The notes beneath the pieces are model-generated. The model was given only the letters and a program-made list of their open reading frames with translations, had not been told where the DNA came from and made no database searches. Below, piece by piece: positions 17,669 through 26,731 of a stretch of 37,477 nucleotides of DNA. This stretch comes from a virus: the IMG/VR virus record IMGVR_UViG_3300045988_063029, positions 1-37,477 of that record; one strand, 5' to 3'. Made by a program: the position numbers and the translations under genes. The stretch's first letter is position 1. Every line of letters begins with the position of its first letter.

Positions 17669-18024
17669 CCTTTTACCACCTCTTCCTCAAGCTTCTTGAT
17701 TGCCTTTTGCTCTACTTTTTTGATGTGCGGAATCGCAGAAACACGACCGCCTCCACGTTTTGCGTGGCCTTTTTCAAGTAAATGTGTTAAGCGGTACTCT
17801 CCGTTCCCAGCGTAGATCGTAGACGAATCTCCATTTGTCTTCTTCTCTGTTTTACTTCTCCAACTTCCTGCATAATCTCCTGTTTTTTTAGGTGATGTTG
17901 TTTTTAATTCTTTCACTGCTTCTTTTGTTGCCTGCTTTACTGCTTCATTCAGTACTTTCTTTTCAACTTTTGCGTATTTTTGCAGTTCTTTTCTGATTGC
18001 TTTCCCCAAATCTTTTGCTTCCAC
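17665..18024 (-). CDS. HK97 gp10-family head-tail joining protein
   Basis: The 119-aa ORF has a C-terminal LTHLLEKGHAKRGGGRV motif typical of the gp10 family. Synteny supports the call. Confidence 0.7.
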   Translation of the reverse strand: MEAKDLGKAIRKELQKYAKVEKKVLNEAVKQATKEAVKELKTTSPKKTGDYAGSWRSKTEKKTNGDSSTIYAGNGEYRLTHLLEKGHAKRGGGRVSAIPHIKKVEQKAIKKLEEEVVKG

Positions 18025-18365
18025 TATCTCACATCCTTATACGCAATTGGTGATCTTGACAATGATAAAAGCAGATACGGCGGCATCTGATCGAATTTAT
18101 CCTGTATCTGCTCTATCTTGTATTGTTTCCCATTGATCAGGATCAGATCCATCCTTGATATATCTGGAATTTTGGGAATTGCTACCGTTTTCTCTATGTC
18201 ATTTCCTGCCACTTTTGCATCCCAGAAGCGTTTGATACCGACTGTCATGTCTCCGTATCGGACCCTGTCCATTTTTGTTCTTACGATCTTTCGTTCTGAC
18301 AGCTCACAGATCTGTAAGATTCCATCGTTGAACGTAACGAAATTATGATTTTTTATTCTTGGCAT
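18024..18365 (-). CDS. Head closure / head-tail adaptor protein
   Basis: Synteny and size fit this role. AGGTGG lies upstream of the ATG at 18365 (MPRIKNH...). The longer ORF starting at 18425 would overlap the upstream gene by 83 nt. Confidence 0.65.
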   Translation of the reverse strand: MPRIKNHNFVTFNDGILQICELSERKIVRTKMDRVRYGDMTVGIKRFWDAKVAGNDIEKTVAIPKIPDISRMDLILINGKQYKIEQIQDKFDQMPPYLLLSLSRSPIAYKDVR

Positions 18366-18630
18366 CTGCCCACCTTCCGATCTGTAACGAAATGATCTCA
18401 CTTTTGTAATTGTTCCAAAAATCATCTAATGCACCGCTTCTTGCATACATGCAATAATCTAACAATAGTTGTTTTTCTACTGTTTCGTTTTCAAAATCGC
18501 ATGTACCAATTTTTCCTTCAATCGCTGCTTTCCCTCTGGTAATAATGCCAGTGAGCTTTTGTGTCTCACTGGCATCCATATCCCATGTTATATCTAAGTA
18601 GTTTTTTACGTCTTCAATTAACTGTTCCAT
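18343..18630 (-). CDS. gp6-like head-tail connector protein
   Basis: The 95-aa ORF lies directly after the capsid gene. The N-terminus (LIEDVKNYLDITWD...) is typical of this family. Confidence 0.7.
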   Translation of the reverse strand: MEQLIEDVKNYLDITWDMDASETQKLTGIITRGKAAIEGKIGTCDFENETVEKQLLLDYCMYARSGALDDFWNNYKSEIISLQIGRWADAKNKKS

Positions 18631-18640
18631 AGGCTTTTAC

Positions 18641-20110
18641 CTATTCTTTTGTGACTGTGATCGTATATGTTTTTGTTTCCGCTCCGTCAGTTACGATAAT
18701 TTTTACAGTATTTTCCCCAGCATCCCATGTCAGTTTTGTTCCGTTTGGATACTTCTTAGTCTTAAATTCGATCTCAACCTCTGCTGTTGCATCCGCTGGC
18801 AGTGCTGTGATTGTGTTGCCTGCATCTGTTGTTGTTACAGTGTATGCTGTAGTTCCTGCTGCAAATGTTTCGTTAAATTTCTTGTTAGAGAATTTCAGAT
18901 CTGCAAGTGTCGCATCATCTACATCTGCTGTATTCGTTACTGTTTCGATCTTGTAATAAGCTGGCTGTAAGTTCCTAATATCAAATACGATAAATGCATT
19001 ATTATCAACTGGGAATCCATGAGCGTACATCTTGATCAGATATACCCTTTCATCTTCTAGGAAGTGATATTCGTCAGAATACAGGATTTTTCCATTGTTG
19101 CCCATTCCCGCACCCATAAAGTAAAGGTTTGCAATTCCAAAAACTGCTTTTCCTTTTGGCACTGCTGCACTCTGCATAATATTGATATCAAACGGAAGTG
19201 CTGACACATATCCACCACCCGGTGCTGGGTACTGGATTGCTGGTAGAATCTTGCTGTAGTAATCGCTTGGATTTACAAGAAGGATCAAGTCTGTTACTGT
19301 TCTAGGCTGTCCTTTTTCATTCAGTGCCAGAATTGCAGCCTGTTTGTTTAACTGAATATTATCAAATTTTGTGATCTTTACAACGGATTTATCTGGATAC
19401 ACACCAGCAGTTACTGTAACATTATCGCCTACCTGTTTTGTCATTCCGATCGGTTCATCTTTTCCAGTTCCGTTGACAATTCCGTCTTCTAATCCATTTG
19501 CAAGTGCTTCATACAGAATTGTTCTGATGTAATTATCTAACCATTCTGGTCCAAGATCTAACATAGCTTTTGAAATTGGAATAAATGCTGATAATTTGTC
19601 CTGTGTTACATCAACTTCTTTAAATCCTGATTCTAACTCTTGAATGATTTTGTCTGTCAGTTTACCCCATGCAGCTTTCTGAAATCCGTTGGTATTCATC
19701 ATCATTCTTGTAAGTCCTGTTACACTTGTGAACTGGATCTTACTTAATAATGGGTGATTTGTTTCCAGATCATTAAATACGGAATTAATGATTGTTTCTG
19801 GCATGACAACGTCAAGATTTCCAAGTGCCTGTTTTGGATTATCGGATTTCATCGCATCCATAACTGCTTGATAGTATTCTGTTTCTACACTTGTCAGCTG
19901 TCTGACTCCTCTTGTTGCAAGTACTGTAACGTCATTGCTCTGTCTGAACTCTGATCTTGCCTGTGTCAGCACTGCTTCCTGGATGTTCTCACATAACTGC
20001 ATAAATCCATTGTCAAATGCTTTCAGGTCATCCTGCTGCATTGCTTCATGCATCAGCTGTAAGATTTCCTGTTTTTTTGTTTCTAACATGTCTAAATTTT
20101 TAATCGCCAT
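18641..20110 (-). CDS. Major capsid protein (HK97 fold) with C-terminal Ig/cadherin-like beta-sandwich domain
   Basis: The 489-aa ORF follows the protease. It has an N-terminal coiled scaffold-like segment. The C-terminal ~85 aa (YTVTTTDAGNTITALPADATAEVEIEF...YTITVTKE) look like a surface Ig-like domain. Confidence 0.85.
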   Translation of the reverse strand: MAIKNLDMLETKKQEILQLMHEAMQQDDLKAFDNGFMQLCENIQEAVLTQARSEFRQSNDVTVLATRGVRQLTSVETEYYQAVMDAMKSDNPKQALGNLDVVMPETIINSVFNDLETNHPLLSKIQFTSVTGLTRMMMNTNGFQKAAWGKLTDKIIQELESGFKEVDVTQDKLSAFIPISKAMLDLGPEWLDNYIRTILYEALANGLEDGIVNGTGKDEPIGMTKQVGDNVTVTAGVYPDKSVVKITKFDNIQLNKQAAILALNEKGQPRTVTDLILLVNPSDYYSKILPAIQYPAPGGGYVSALPFDINIMQSAAVPKGKAVFGIANLYFMGAGMGNNGKILYSDEYHFLEDERVYLIKMYAHGFPVDNNAFIVFDIRNLQPAYYKIETVTNTADVDDATLADLKFSNKKFNETFAAGTTAYTVTTTDAGNTITALPADATAEVEIEFKTKKYPNGTKLTWDAGENTVKIIVTDGAETKTYTITVTKE

Positions 20111-20871
20111 TATTTCCCTCCAAAAAATTTCTTAAATTTGTTTACTGGCTCTTTTGGTTCTGGATCTTTCAATCCTTGCTGTAGTTTTTTTAGATCTTCT
20201 TTAAACGATGTCTGCATATTCATCTGCTGCCGCATTGCCTGGAGCTGCTGCATCATTGCCTTTTGCTGGACATCTCCATCGTCTTTCTGTTTCGATGTCG
20301 CAACTTCATCAATCAGTCCATACTCTAATGCTTTATCTGGCGTCAGATAAGTTTCTGCATCCATAAGCTCCTGTAGTGTAGCCTCGTCGATCGTTGCACG
20401 TTCCAGGAATACCTGCCGGTTTGATTCCATTAATGTATCAAGGTCATCTGCATATTTTCGCAACTGTTCCGCATTTCCGTAGCATTCCATCCACATGTTG
20501 TGCACAAGTGCAGATGTGCCAAGATTCATGATTCGTTTGTCACACGCCTGTAAGACCAGGAATGCAATACTATGTGCTACTCCGTCTACAATTCCTGTAA
20601 CTGTGCAATCTTTTTGTTTCAGCAAATTGTAGATTGTAACACCTTCTGATACAGAACCGCCATTACTGTTGATATGCAATTCAATTTCTGAACCATCCTG
20701 GATCTCTTTCAATGCTTCTTTGAAATAGTTCGCAGACGTTTCCGACTCGCTGTATGACCAGGTGTACCAGTCAAATCCTCCGTATTTAGTCACATCATCA
20801 TACAAATATAATTTGGTTGGTCCTGCTGCCTGTTGTGACTGTTCCAACCGCCAATACGTTTTAGGTTCCAA
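20110..20871 (-). CDS. ClpP-like head maturation protease
   Basis: INSNGGSVSEGVTIYNLL and GVAHSIAFLVLQACDKR resemble S14/ClpP motifs. The gene lies between portal and capsid. Confidence 0.8.
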   Translation of the reverse strand: MEPKTYWRLEQSQQAAGPTKLYLYDDVTKYGGFDWYTWSYSESETSANYFKEALKEIQDGSEIELHINSNGGSVSEGVTIYNLLKQKDCTVTGIVDGVAHSIAFLVLQACDKRIMNLGTSALVHNMWMECYGNAEQLRKYADDLDTLMESNRQVFLERATIDEATLQELMDAETYLTPDKALEYGLIDEVATSKQKDDGDVQQKAMMQQLQAMRQQMNMQTSFKEDLKKLQQGLKDPEPKEPVNKFKKFFGGK

Positions 20872-22045
20872 TGTTCCCTCCTGTCTCGATCATTGCGTCA
20901 AGCACATCTTCTACGTTTGCATAATTCTTTGTGATGATGTGCTGGTTTGCCCAGTCCTCGTTGATCCTTGGTTTTCCAAGAAGTTCAAGGATATCATTCA
21001 CACTAAATGCTCCGCAGCTGATCAGCTTATCAATTGGTGTTGCAATGTCGAATATATCAATGTGTTTTACTGTTGTGGTATCAATCCTCACATAGTTTCC
21101 ACGTGAGAAATTTTCATATCCTCCTTCCTTTCGATTAATCTCCTGTGTGATCATCTTTGCCAATGGATCAATCACGAAAGTCAGAAGCTCATCCACCGCT
21201 TTACTAGTGTCTTGTACATCACCTTTCGCAAGGCTTGGTGGAAATGAAAAAGCCCTCGCAGTGAACTCAAATGTATCATCTGCCAGAGCTTTGATATCTC
21301 TTGTGTTTTCTGTCGAATATGTTTTACTGTTCTGACTGATATCCTGATAAGAATAACCGTCAAATAGCGGAAGCACTGCATTGTCTTGTTTAAAGAAATT
21401 TGCAAAATGTTCGCTCATCAGAGTCGCAAACGTCTCATCAAAGTTTTGCGCCTGTTGCGCCATAGCGCTAATGTTCAGGATTCCTCTGCTGCCTCGTGAT
21501 TTCTGATAAGCCTTGAATGCACAGCTCATTAATTTGCTGTATGATGCGTTCATATTGTCAATATATCTTTTCACATCCTTTGAGTTTAATTCAAAGAAAA
21601 ATACATCTGACATGCAAAACGTGTCTGACAATGTATAATCATCAATCAGAACGTTTTTGAACTCATAGTCACGCAATGCATACCTTTCTTTTTGATAAGA
21701 ATCTGCGATGTAAAGAGCTCCATTGATTTCTACAACCAGTGCTTCATTCCTGCGGTATAAGGTACCGATCAGTTTGTTAATAAATGCTGTCGCATTCTGG
21801 TTTGGATTTGGTTCGACATTCCAGCGATACCATTCCTTTTCTTTCTTTTCTGTGTTTTTGTAGTATGTCTTGAATTCACATTTTGATAAGGCATTTGCAA
21901 TCTTATTTACGCATGTCCAAAATGCTAATTCTTTTAGGTACAACTCGCTGACCGCCTGCTGCACATCCTCATCTTTTATGAGTTCCTCGACCGTTACAGT
22001 CTTTGGTGGTGCAAATTTCTGAATCAACCAGTCTTTGAATCCCAC
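20861..22045 (-). CDS. Portal protein (HK97-family-like)
   Basis: The 394-aa ORF lies directly after the large terminase. It has a GTG start with AGGAGG upstream. Confidence 0.8.
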   Translation of the reverse strand: MGFKDWLIQKFAPPKTVTVEELIKDEDVQQAVSELYLKELAFWTCVNKIANALSKCEFKTYYKNTEKKEKEWYRWNVEPNPNQNATAFINKLIGTLYRRNEALVVEINGALYIADSYQKERYALRDYEFKNVLIDDYTLSDTFCMSDVFFFELNSKDVKRYIDNMNASYSKLMSCAFKAYQKSRGSRGILNISAMAQQAQNFDETFATLMSEHFANFFKQDNAVLPLFDGYSYQDISQNSKTYSTENTRDIKALADDTFEFTARAFSFPPSLAKGDVQDTSKAVDELLTFVIDPLAKMITQEINRKEGGYENFSRGNYVRIDTTTVKHIDIFDIATPIDKLISCGAFSVNDILELLGKPRINEDWANQHIITKNYANVEDVLDAMIETGGNIGT

Positions 22046-22061
22046 TGCTGCATCACCTCCT

Positions 22062-23753
22062 TTAATAGCTATAAATTTTAATCTTAGGTGTCGTCGTGAT
22101 TGCTTTCTCTGGCAATACGTCCTCGACTACCATGCTTGCAACTAGCGCCATAAATGGATCTGTTTTTCTTGATTTTGCTTCGATTTTTCCATATACATAG
22201 TTCCCAAAGTCCATATCATCCGGCTGTCCTATCTTTCGATTGTGCCTGACTAGCTTCGTATTATTCGCTGCCCATCTTAATTCTGGAGCTTCGCCCCAAT
22301 GGAACCAGTGATTTACGAAGCAGTGATCTATCACAGGGACTACGCGCATAATGTCTGATGGTCTGATTAGTTTCAGATTTTTGTAGATTTTCTTATCGAA
22401 TCCGATTGTTTCCAAATACTTGCTTAGTAAAGCATATCGGAAATCATCTATTGCTAGCATTTCAATTCTGTAATACTGTTTCATTTTTTGAATATAATCC
22501 GTTATAATCTGCGGATGTATCTCTGCTTCATCAACGATCGTGATTCGTCCATCTTCCGCCCAGTCTTTCCATGGTATTTTTAACCTTGGAATATCCTTTG
22601 ACTGGCTGCATATCCAGGAATGATTGATATCATACCTTTGATCCCCGTTCCTGAAGTGGAGGTTAACAGATACCCAGTCTGTGACTTTTGAAAAATCAAT
22701 ACCGCATGTACACGACCATTGCGTGACGTCTATAATCTCTTTTTTTGTTGCTGCGATGTTTTCCCAATCTGTTACCTTGATCTCGCTGGATCCGTCTGGG
22801 ATATTCATTCTTTTTGTCATAAAAGCGGATAATCTTTGTGGATTTTTCTTCCAATCCCTGTACTCTTTCCGGATCTCTTCAAGAAGATTCGGAAAGTATG
22901 GAAGTGATGGATTTGCCTTCGGCCAATTTGCTTCATCATCTACCTCCTCTTTTGAATCAAGGCGGCACAAAAACGGCAGTAACCCATAATCAGGTTCATT
23001 CCCTTGTAGAATTTCCTCTGACTTATCAATCAGATCATCGCACACACCTTCTCTTACATCTCCGTTTGTCGTGTAATAAGATCGCCGTGGATGTTTCTTC
23101 TTTCCAAGCCCTGTTGTGAAAACGTTGATGTTTTTGTAATCCTGGTATTGGTGGACCTCGTTAAAAATACAAATACCTGATCTAAGTCCGTCCTTTCCTT
23201 TCGGCGAGTTTGTCCGTCCTTTGATCACAGCTTTTGTTCTTAGTGATCTAACCTGCTCTTTGGTCCAGTAAAAGAATCTCTTTAATTTCTTCCTGTATTT
23301 CGGCTCGTCAAACGCATTGATGATATCATACACAGGTCTCATTGCCTGTTCTTCATTGTTTGCGCAGATATCAACGTCATATTCTCGTATTCCACGATTA
23401 TACGGCGAGGCAAGGCAGACAGATTCCCATGCAATCGTTCCATCTTTTCCGGCACCACGTCCGATCAGACAAAACAGATCCGGCCAGCGTGGCATCCCCG
23501 TCTCTCTCCAGTACGTGCAGTCGTGCAGACCGATCACAAATTTCTGCCACGGCATCAGGTAGTCATATGGAAAATATTTGATCAGGCTAATGTACTTTTC
23601 AAGCTGTTCATCATCTGTATAAATATCTTCCGCAGCAAAGCAATGTTTGACATGTTTTATCAGTCTTTTCTGATCCTCACACGTTTTATACGTTCCGTTT
23701 TCTACAATGTCAATCCATTCCTGAATGTGTTTATTGATTTTAGAGTTCGTCAT
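22062..23753 (-). CDS. Terminase large subunit
   Basis: A Walker-A-like motif CLIGRGAGKDG is present, and size and synteny fit. The ATG at 23753 (MTNSKINK) overlaps the terS 3' end and has a GGTGA RBS. The ORF track start is 23792. Confidence 0.85.
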   Translation of the reverse strand: MTNSKINKHIQEWIDIVENGTYKTCEDQKRLIKHVKHCFAAEDIYTDDEQLEKYISLIKYFPYDYLMPWQKFVIGLHDCTYWRETGMPRWPDLFCLIGRGAGKDGTIAWESVCLASPYNRGIREYDVDICANNEEQAMRPVYDIINAFDEPKYRKKLKRFFYWTKEQVRSLRTKAVIKGRTNSPKGKDGLRSGICIFNEVHQYQDYKNINVFTTGLGKKKHPRRSYYTTNGDVREGVCDDLIDKSEEILQGNEPDYGLLPFLCRLDSKEEVDDEANWPKANPSLPYFPNLLEEIRKEYRDWKKNPQRLSAFMTKRMNIPDGSSEIKVTDWENIAATKKEIIDVTQWSCTCGIDFSKVTDWVSVNLHFRNGDQRYDINHSWICSQSKDIPRLKIPWKDWAEDGRITIVDEAEIHPQIITDYIQKMKQYYRIEMLAIDDFRYALLSKYLETIGFDKKIYKNLKLIRPSDIMRVVPVIDHCFVNHWFHWGEAPELRWAANNTKLVRHNRKIGQPDDMDFGNYVYGKIEAKSRKTDPFMALVASMVVEDVLPEKAITTTPKIKIYSY

Positions 23754-24063
23754 CAAAATCACCATCCATTTCCTGGACAGCTTTGATTCCAAGGGAATCC
23801 AGGATCCTCAGCATTTGAGTATTTACTTTTAAGAGTTGTTCAATACTTTCGTTTTTCTTAACTCCTTTCTGACCACCGCCATTGTTGTACTCAACTGTCA
23901 CTCCTCGGTTTTGAATGTCCTGGATTAACAGGTTTTTTGTCTCATAAAATGACATATAATCGTCCAGAAGGTCAGAAAAATGCTCTCCATGTGTCTGATT
24001 TCTCTCCATTTGATCCTGAAGATCTGCCTTGATTTTTCTGTACTTTGCTGGTTTTTTTGCCAT
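23740..24063 (-). CDS. Terminase small subunit (P27-family-like)
   Basis: The protein starts MAKKPAKYRK..., with GGGGGTGG 7 nt upstream of the ATG at 24063. Its size is ~107 aa. The 152-aa ORF track version adds an N-terminal extension that has no RBS. Confidence 0.75.
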   Translation of the reverse strand: MAKKPAKYRKIKADLQDQMERNQTHGEHFSDLLDDYMSFYETKNLLIQDIQNRGVTVEYNNGGGQKGVKKNESIEQLLKVNTQMLRILDSLGIKAVQEMDGDFDDEL

Positions 24064-24191
24064 TTTTTGACCACCCCCTTCACGTGCGCGAGGCAAAAAT
24101 CTCGGTTGTCGAGTCCACCCACCGGTCTCCGGTATCGGAATTAATTTCCAATTTTTTCGACCCGGGGGTATCTCTTCCGTTTTCTTCCAAC

Positions 24192-24530
24192 CTACCAACG
24201 TTCCTCTGTCAACGGTTCCGTTCTCTTCTTCTTTCTGTATCCATGCACCTCTTCATGACAGTCATGGCACAGGCTGATCAGATTTCTTTTTCTTTCTCCT
24301 TGGAATGTGTACCAGATTTCAAGAGCTTTATCTGGATGTTTCCTGACACTGTTTATATGATGAACTGTTGTCGCTTTTGTAAAGGTTCCTCGTCGCTTAC
24401 ACAGTTGACATTCTTCTTTGTCCATTTTTAAGACATCCTTCCTCAAACGTCTCCATTTCCTCCATATGTAAAAACGATGTACGTCTTCTCGCACACAACG
24501 TTTTACATGGTTAATTTCTTCTTCTGTCAT
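24192..24530 (-). CDS. HNH endonuclease (packaging-associated)
   Basis: CQLCKRRG...HHINSVRKH...LCHDCHEEVH forms an HNH/zinc-finger motif. The gene lies immediately upstream of terS, as in HK97-like cos phages. Confidence 0.85.
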   Translation of the reverse strand: MTEEEINHVKRCVREDVHRFYIWRKWRRLRKDVLKMDKEECQLCKRRGTFTKATTVHHINSVRKHPDKALEIWYTFQGERKRNLISLCHDCHEEVHGYRKKKRTEPLTEERW

Positions 24531-24731
24531 CCTTCTTATTATCTTTTACTCCTTGTCTTTCTTTAATAACCTGTTGCATTGATCTGTACAATTTAGTATT
24601 TTTCAAAACAAAGTCAGGAAAACAGATCAATAAAATTACGCAAATAACATCTTCAACCAATCTCATCTTTATTCCCACTCATACCTTCCTGCGCCTGCTC
24701 CGTATCTTTCTGTCATCATCTTCTTCCTTTC

Positions 24732-24750
24732 TTTGTCAGAGTCTGACAAA
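24732..24750. repeat. Palindrome copy b: TTTGTCAGAGTCTGACAAA
   Basis: A perfect copy lies in the 500-bp intergenic region upstream of the packaging/late operon. Confidence 0.95.
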
Positions 24751-24756
24751 AAAAGA

Positions 24757-24900
24757 TTGCAGCATCTGGATTCGAACCAGAAGGATAATTGAGTAACAAA
24801 CCATACATCATGAAAGGAGGCGAACAGGTGAGATGAAAAACCTGTTCCTTTATACCGTTGAGACCAGCAATTATTTTATCCTGCTCCTACAGCTGCCGCA
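24757..24900 (-). other. tRNA-like element (T-arm plus acceptor-type long-range stem). It is either a candidate ncRNA or a relic tRNA fragment.
   Basis: The minus strand has TCTGG-TTCGAAT-CCAGA (24765-24781), followed by TGCTGCA, which can pair with TGCGGCA at 24894-24900. An internal 8-bp hairpin GAACAGGT/ACCTGTTC is present. TTGCAA-18-TAAAAA lies upstream and a T7 run downstream. At about 144 nt it is too long for a canonical tRNA. Confidence 0.25.
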
Positions 24901-25035
24901 CTGTTTTTTAGTTGACATATCTTATATTTTGCAAATATGTCTTTTATTTTTCTCTACTATAAAAGGCATCTGATTTTATTCCTTGTACTTAACACCGACC
25001 ATTACAGTAAATGTTTCTGTACAAAAATAAATAAA

Positions 25036-25584
25036 TCAAATGCCAAAATTTAATTTTGATATTGCTTTATCTGTCTGATCCTGTTCCACTCCAATGTATC
25101 TCAATGTGATATGAATGTCAGCATGATTAAACAGTTTCATAAGCATTGCAGCGTCTTTCGTTGCCTGGTACATATGATAGCCGAATGTCTTGCGCATCGT
25201 GTGAGTTCCTAAGTTGTGTACTCCAAACCTCTCTCCTGCTTCTTTGATCGTTTCATATGCCCATTGTCTTGTGATTGGTTTATGTGTCCTCGGATTTTCT
25301 AACAGATATTCAAGATCATCTTTTCCTTTTGTGTATTCTTCTAAAGTCTTCTTCAAGTTCTTATTGATCAGGAAACGCTTTTCTTTTCCTGTCTTCTTCT
25401 CTCTCATGTATATATGATCTTTTTCCCTGACATCTCTGACTCTCAGTTTTAAGATATCTGAAATTCTAAGCCCTGAATAAATACCGGTCACGAACATAAC
25501 ATAATCTCGTTCACTTTTTTCTCTTAAATATCTTGCAATGTCAAGGATCGTATCCATGTCCCTGATCGGTTGCACTGTGTTCAT
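25036..25584 (-). CDS. Small tyrosine recombinase, catalytic domain only (182 aa)
   Basis: The catalytic signature appears complete: GLRISD (Arg), HTMRKT (His-x-x-Arg), NHAD (His) and LRY (Tyr). There is no N-terminal core-binding/SAM-like domain. It is distinct from the 396-aa integrase at the att site. Confidence 0.8.
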   Translation of the reverse strand: MNTVQPIRDMDTILDIARYLREKSERDYVMFVTGIYSGLRISDILKLRVRDVREKDHIYMREKKTGKEKRFLINKNLKKTLEEYTKGKDDLEYLLENPRTHKPITRQWAYETIKEAGERFGVHNLGTHTMRKTFGYHMYQATKDAAMLMKLFNHADIHITLRYIGVEQDQTDKAISKLNFGI

Positions 25585-25609
25585 TTCTTCTCACCTTCTT
25601 TTTTGGACA

Positions 25610-25652
25610 TGAAAAAAGCACACTGAAACAGATTTCTCTATTTCGTGTGCTT
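25610..25652 (-). terminator. Terminator-like hairpin upstream of the small recombinase
   Basis: The minus strand has AAGCACAC...GTGTGCTT (8-bp stem, 21-nt loop) followed by TTTTTT. The large loop lowers confidence. Confidence 0.4.
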
Positions 25653-25722
25653 CGTTATCAATTTATTACCTTTACACTATATCGCATCTTATAGGTGACA
25701 TTCTACGACAACTTTTATTTTT

Positions 25723-26076
25723 CTATATTTTATTTAATGGGCATGTCATGCATGGACTGTCATCTGCAAACAGATCTTCTCTGCTGCCTACTTGTGTTGG
25801 ATATTTACAATAGTAATCGCACATCTCCTGTTTTACTTCTTCCAGGATGTCAGACACTGTTTTGGTTCTCTCGTGATCTTCTTTTATAACGCCTGTAAGA
25901 TTCTTTGTTATTGATGTACCAAACGCTCTTTCGTATATTCTATCAATTTCTTCTGCGTCAAGTTCTACAAAGCCTTTTCCTATACTTTTTTTACATTCTT
26001 CCCAGAGTTCACACATCTGACACTTGCGATCATTACAATACTCACATAGTCTCAATACCTTTTCTTCTCTTGTCAT
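25723..26076 (-). CDS. Cysteine-rich hypothetical protein
   Basis: GAGAGGGGGA lies upstream of the ATG at 26076 (MTREEK...). The protein has 9 Cys, in clusters CEYCNDRKCQMCELWEEC and CDYYC...CMTC. Confidence 0.6.
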   Translation of the reverse strand: MTREEKVLRLCEYCNDRKCQMCELWEECKKSIGKGFVELDAEEIDRIYERAFGTSITKNLTGVIKEDHERTKTVSDILEEVKQEMCDYYCKYPTQVGSREDLFADDSPCMTCPLNKI

Positions 26077-26089
26077 AATGTTCCCCCTC

Positions 26090-26407
26090 TCATAATCTGC
26101 CCCAGGTGTAAAACAGCGCAAGCCCTCCATGTTTTTTGATCACTTCTTCTACTTCTTCTACTGGTACAAATCCATAAACCGCATCTTCTGGATCGTCCAA
26201 TGGTTCTTCTGCATACATCAGAAATAACGGTTCTACTTCGCTTGGCATTCCAATCTCAACTGTATTGTATTTTGTCGAATGATCACAATAATGATTATTG
26301 CTCCATTGTACACTCATATTAAAGCCATCTCTGCAAAACAATCTCGGTCTTATTTCGTTTTTTTCGTTAAAGTGTTCTGTATACTCTAAAAATTTTATGA
26401 TTTCCAT
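26090..26407 (-). CDS. Hypothetical protein
   Basis: The 105-aa ORF runs in the operon direction. No family was recognised with confidence. Confidence 0.55.
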   Translation of the reverse strand: MEIIKFLEYTEHFNEKNEIRPRLFCRDGFNMSVQWSNNHYCDHSTKYNTVEIGMPSEVEPLFLMYAEEPLDDPEDAVYGFVPVEEVEEVIKKHGGLALFYTWGRL

Positions 26408-26533
26408 CTCTTTCGCCTTTCCGCATGTTTTAGTGCTTCATGTGCTTGCATCAATATAATATTGTCAATCTGTTTTTATCCATAGATAGCATCGATTCAG
26501 ATAATGTTACATAGATTGTTAGTGTCTTATCAT

Positions 26534-26731
26534 TTACTTCCAATATCCTGCGATGCTGTTTACTTGATGCCACCGTGCTGGTCCTCCTTTTATCAACTCT
26601 TCTATCTCTCTTTCCTTGTTCAATTCATCCATTACGATATATTGGAAATTTGATTTCCATACTTCTACTGTCTTTTTACTTACTCCGATTCTTCGTGCTG
26701 TTTCTTTAATCGACCAATTTCTTTGAAACAT
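26534..26731 (-). CDS. Small HTH DNA-binding protein
   Basis: SIKETARRIGVSKKTVEVW is a convincing helix-turn-helix. No Shine-Dalgarno sequence precedes the ATG, so the start is uncertain. Confidence 0.5.
   Translation of the reverse strand: MFQRNWSIKETARRIGVSKKTVEVWKSNFQYIVMDELNKEREIEELIKGGPARWHQVNSIAGYWK

Noticed and set aside
24064-24198. N-terminal 45-aa extension of the small terminase ORF (start 24198), and the 65-aa ORF at 23925-24122
   Set aside because: The extension has no RBS and an odd composition. A strong GGGGGTGG RBS precedes the internal ATG at 24063. The 65-aa ORF lies in another frame of the same strand.
24757-24900. Canonical tRNA gene
   Set aside because: The T-arm and acceptor pairing are present, but the 5' and 3' acceptor strands are about 130 nt apart. 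I could fold no D-arm or anticodon arm. It is kept only as a tRNA-like candidate.
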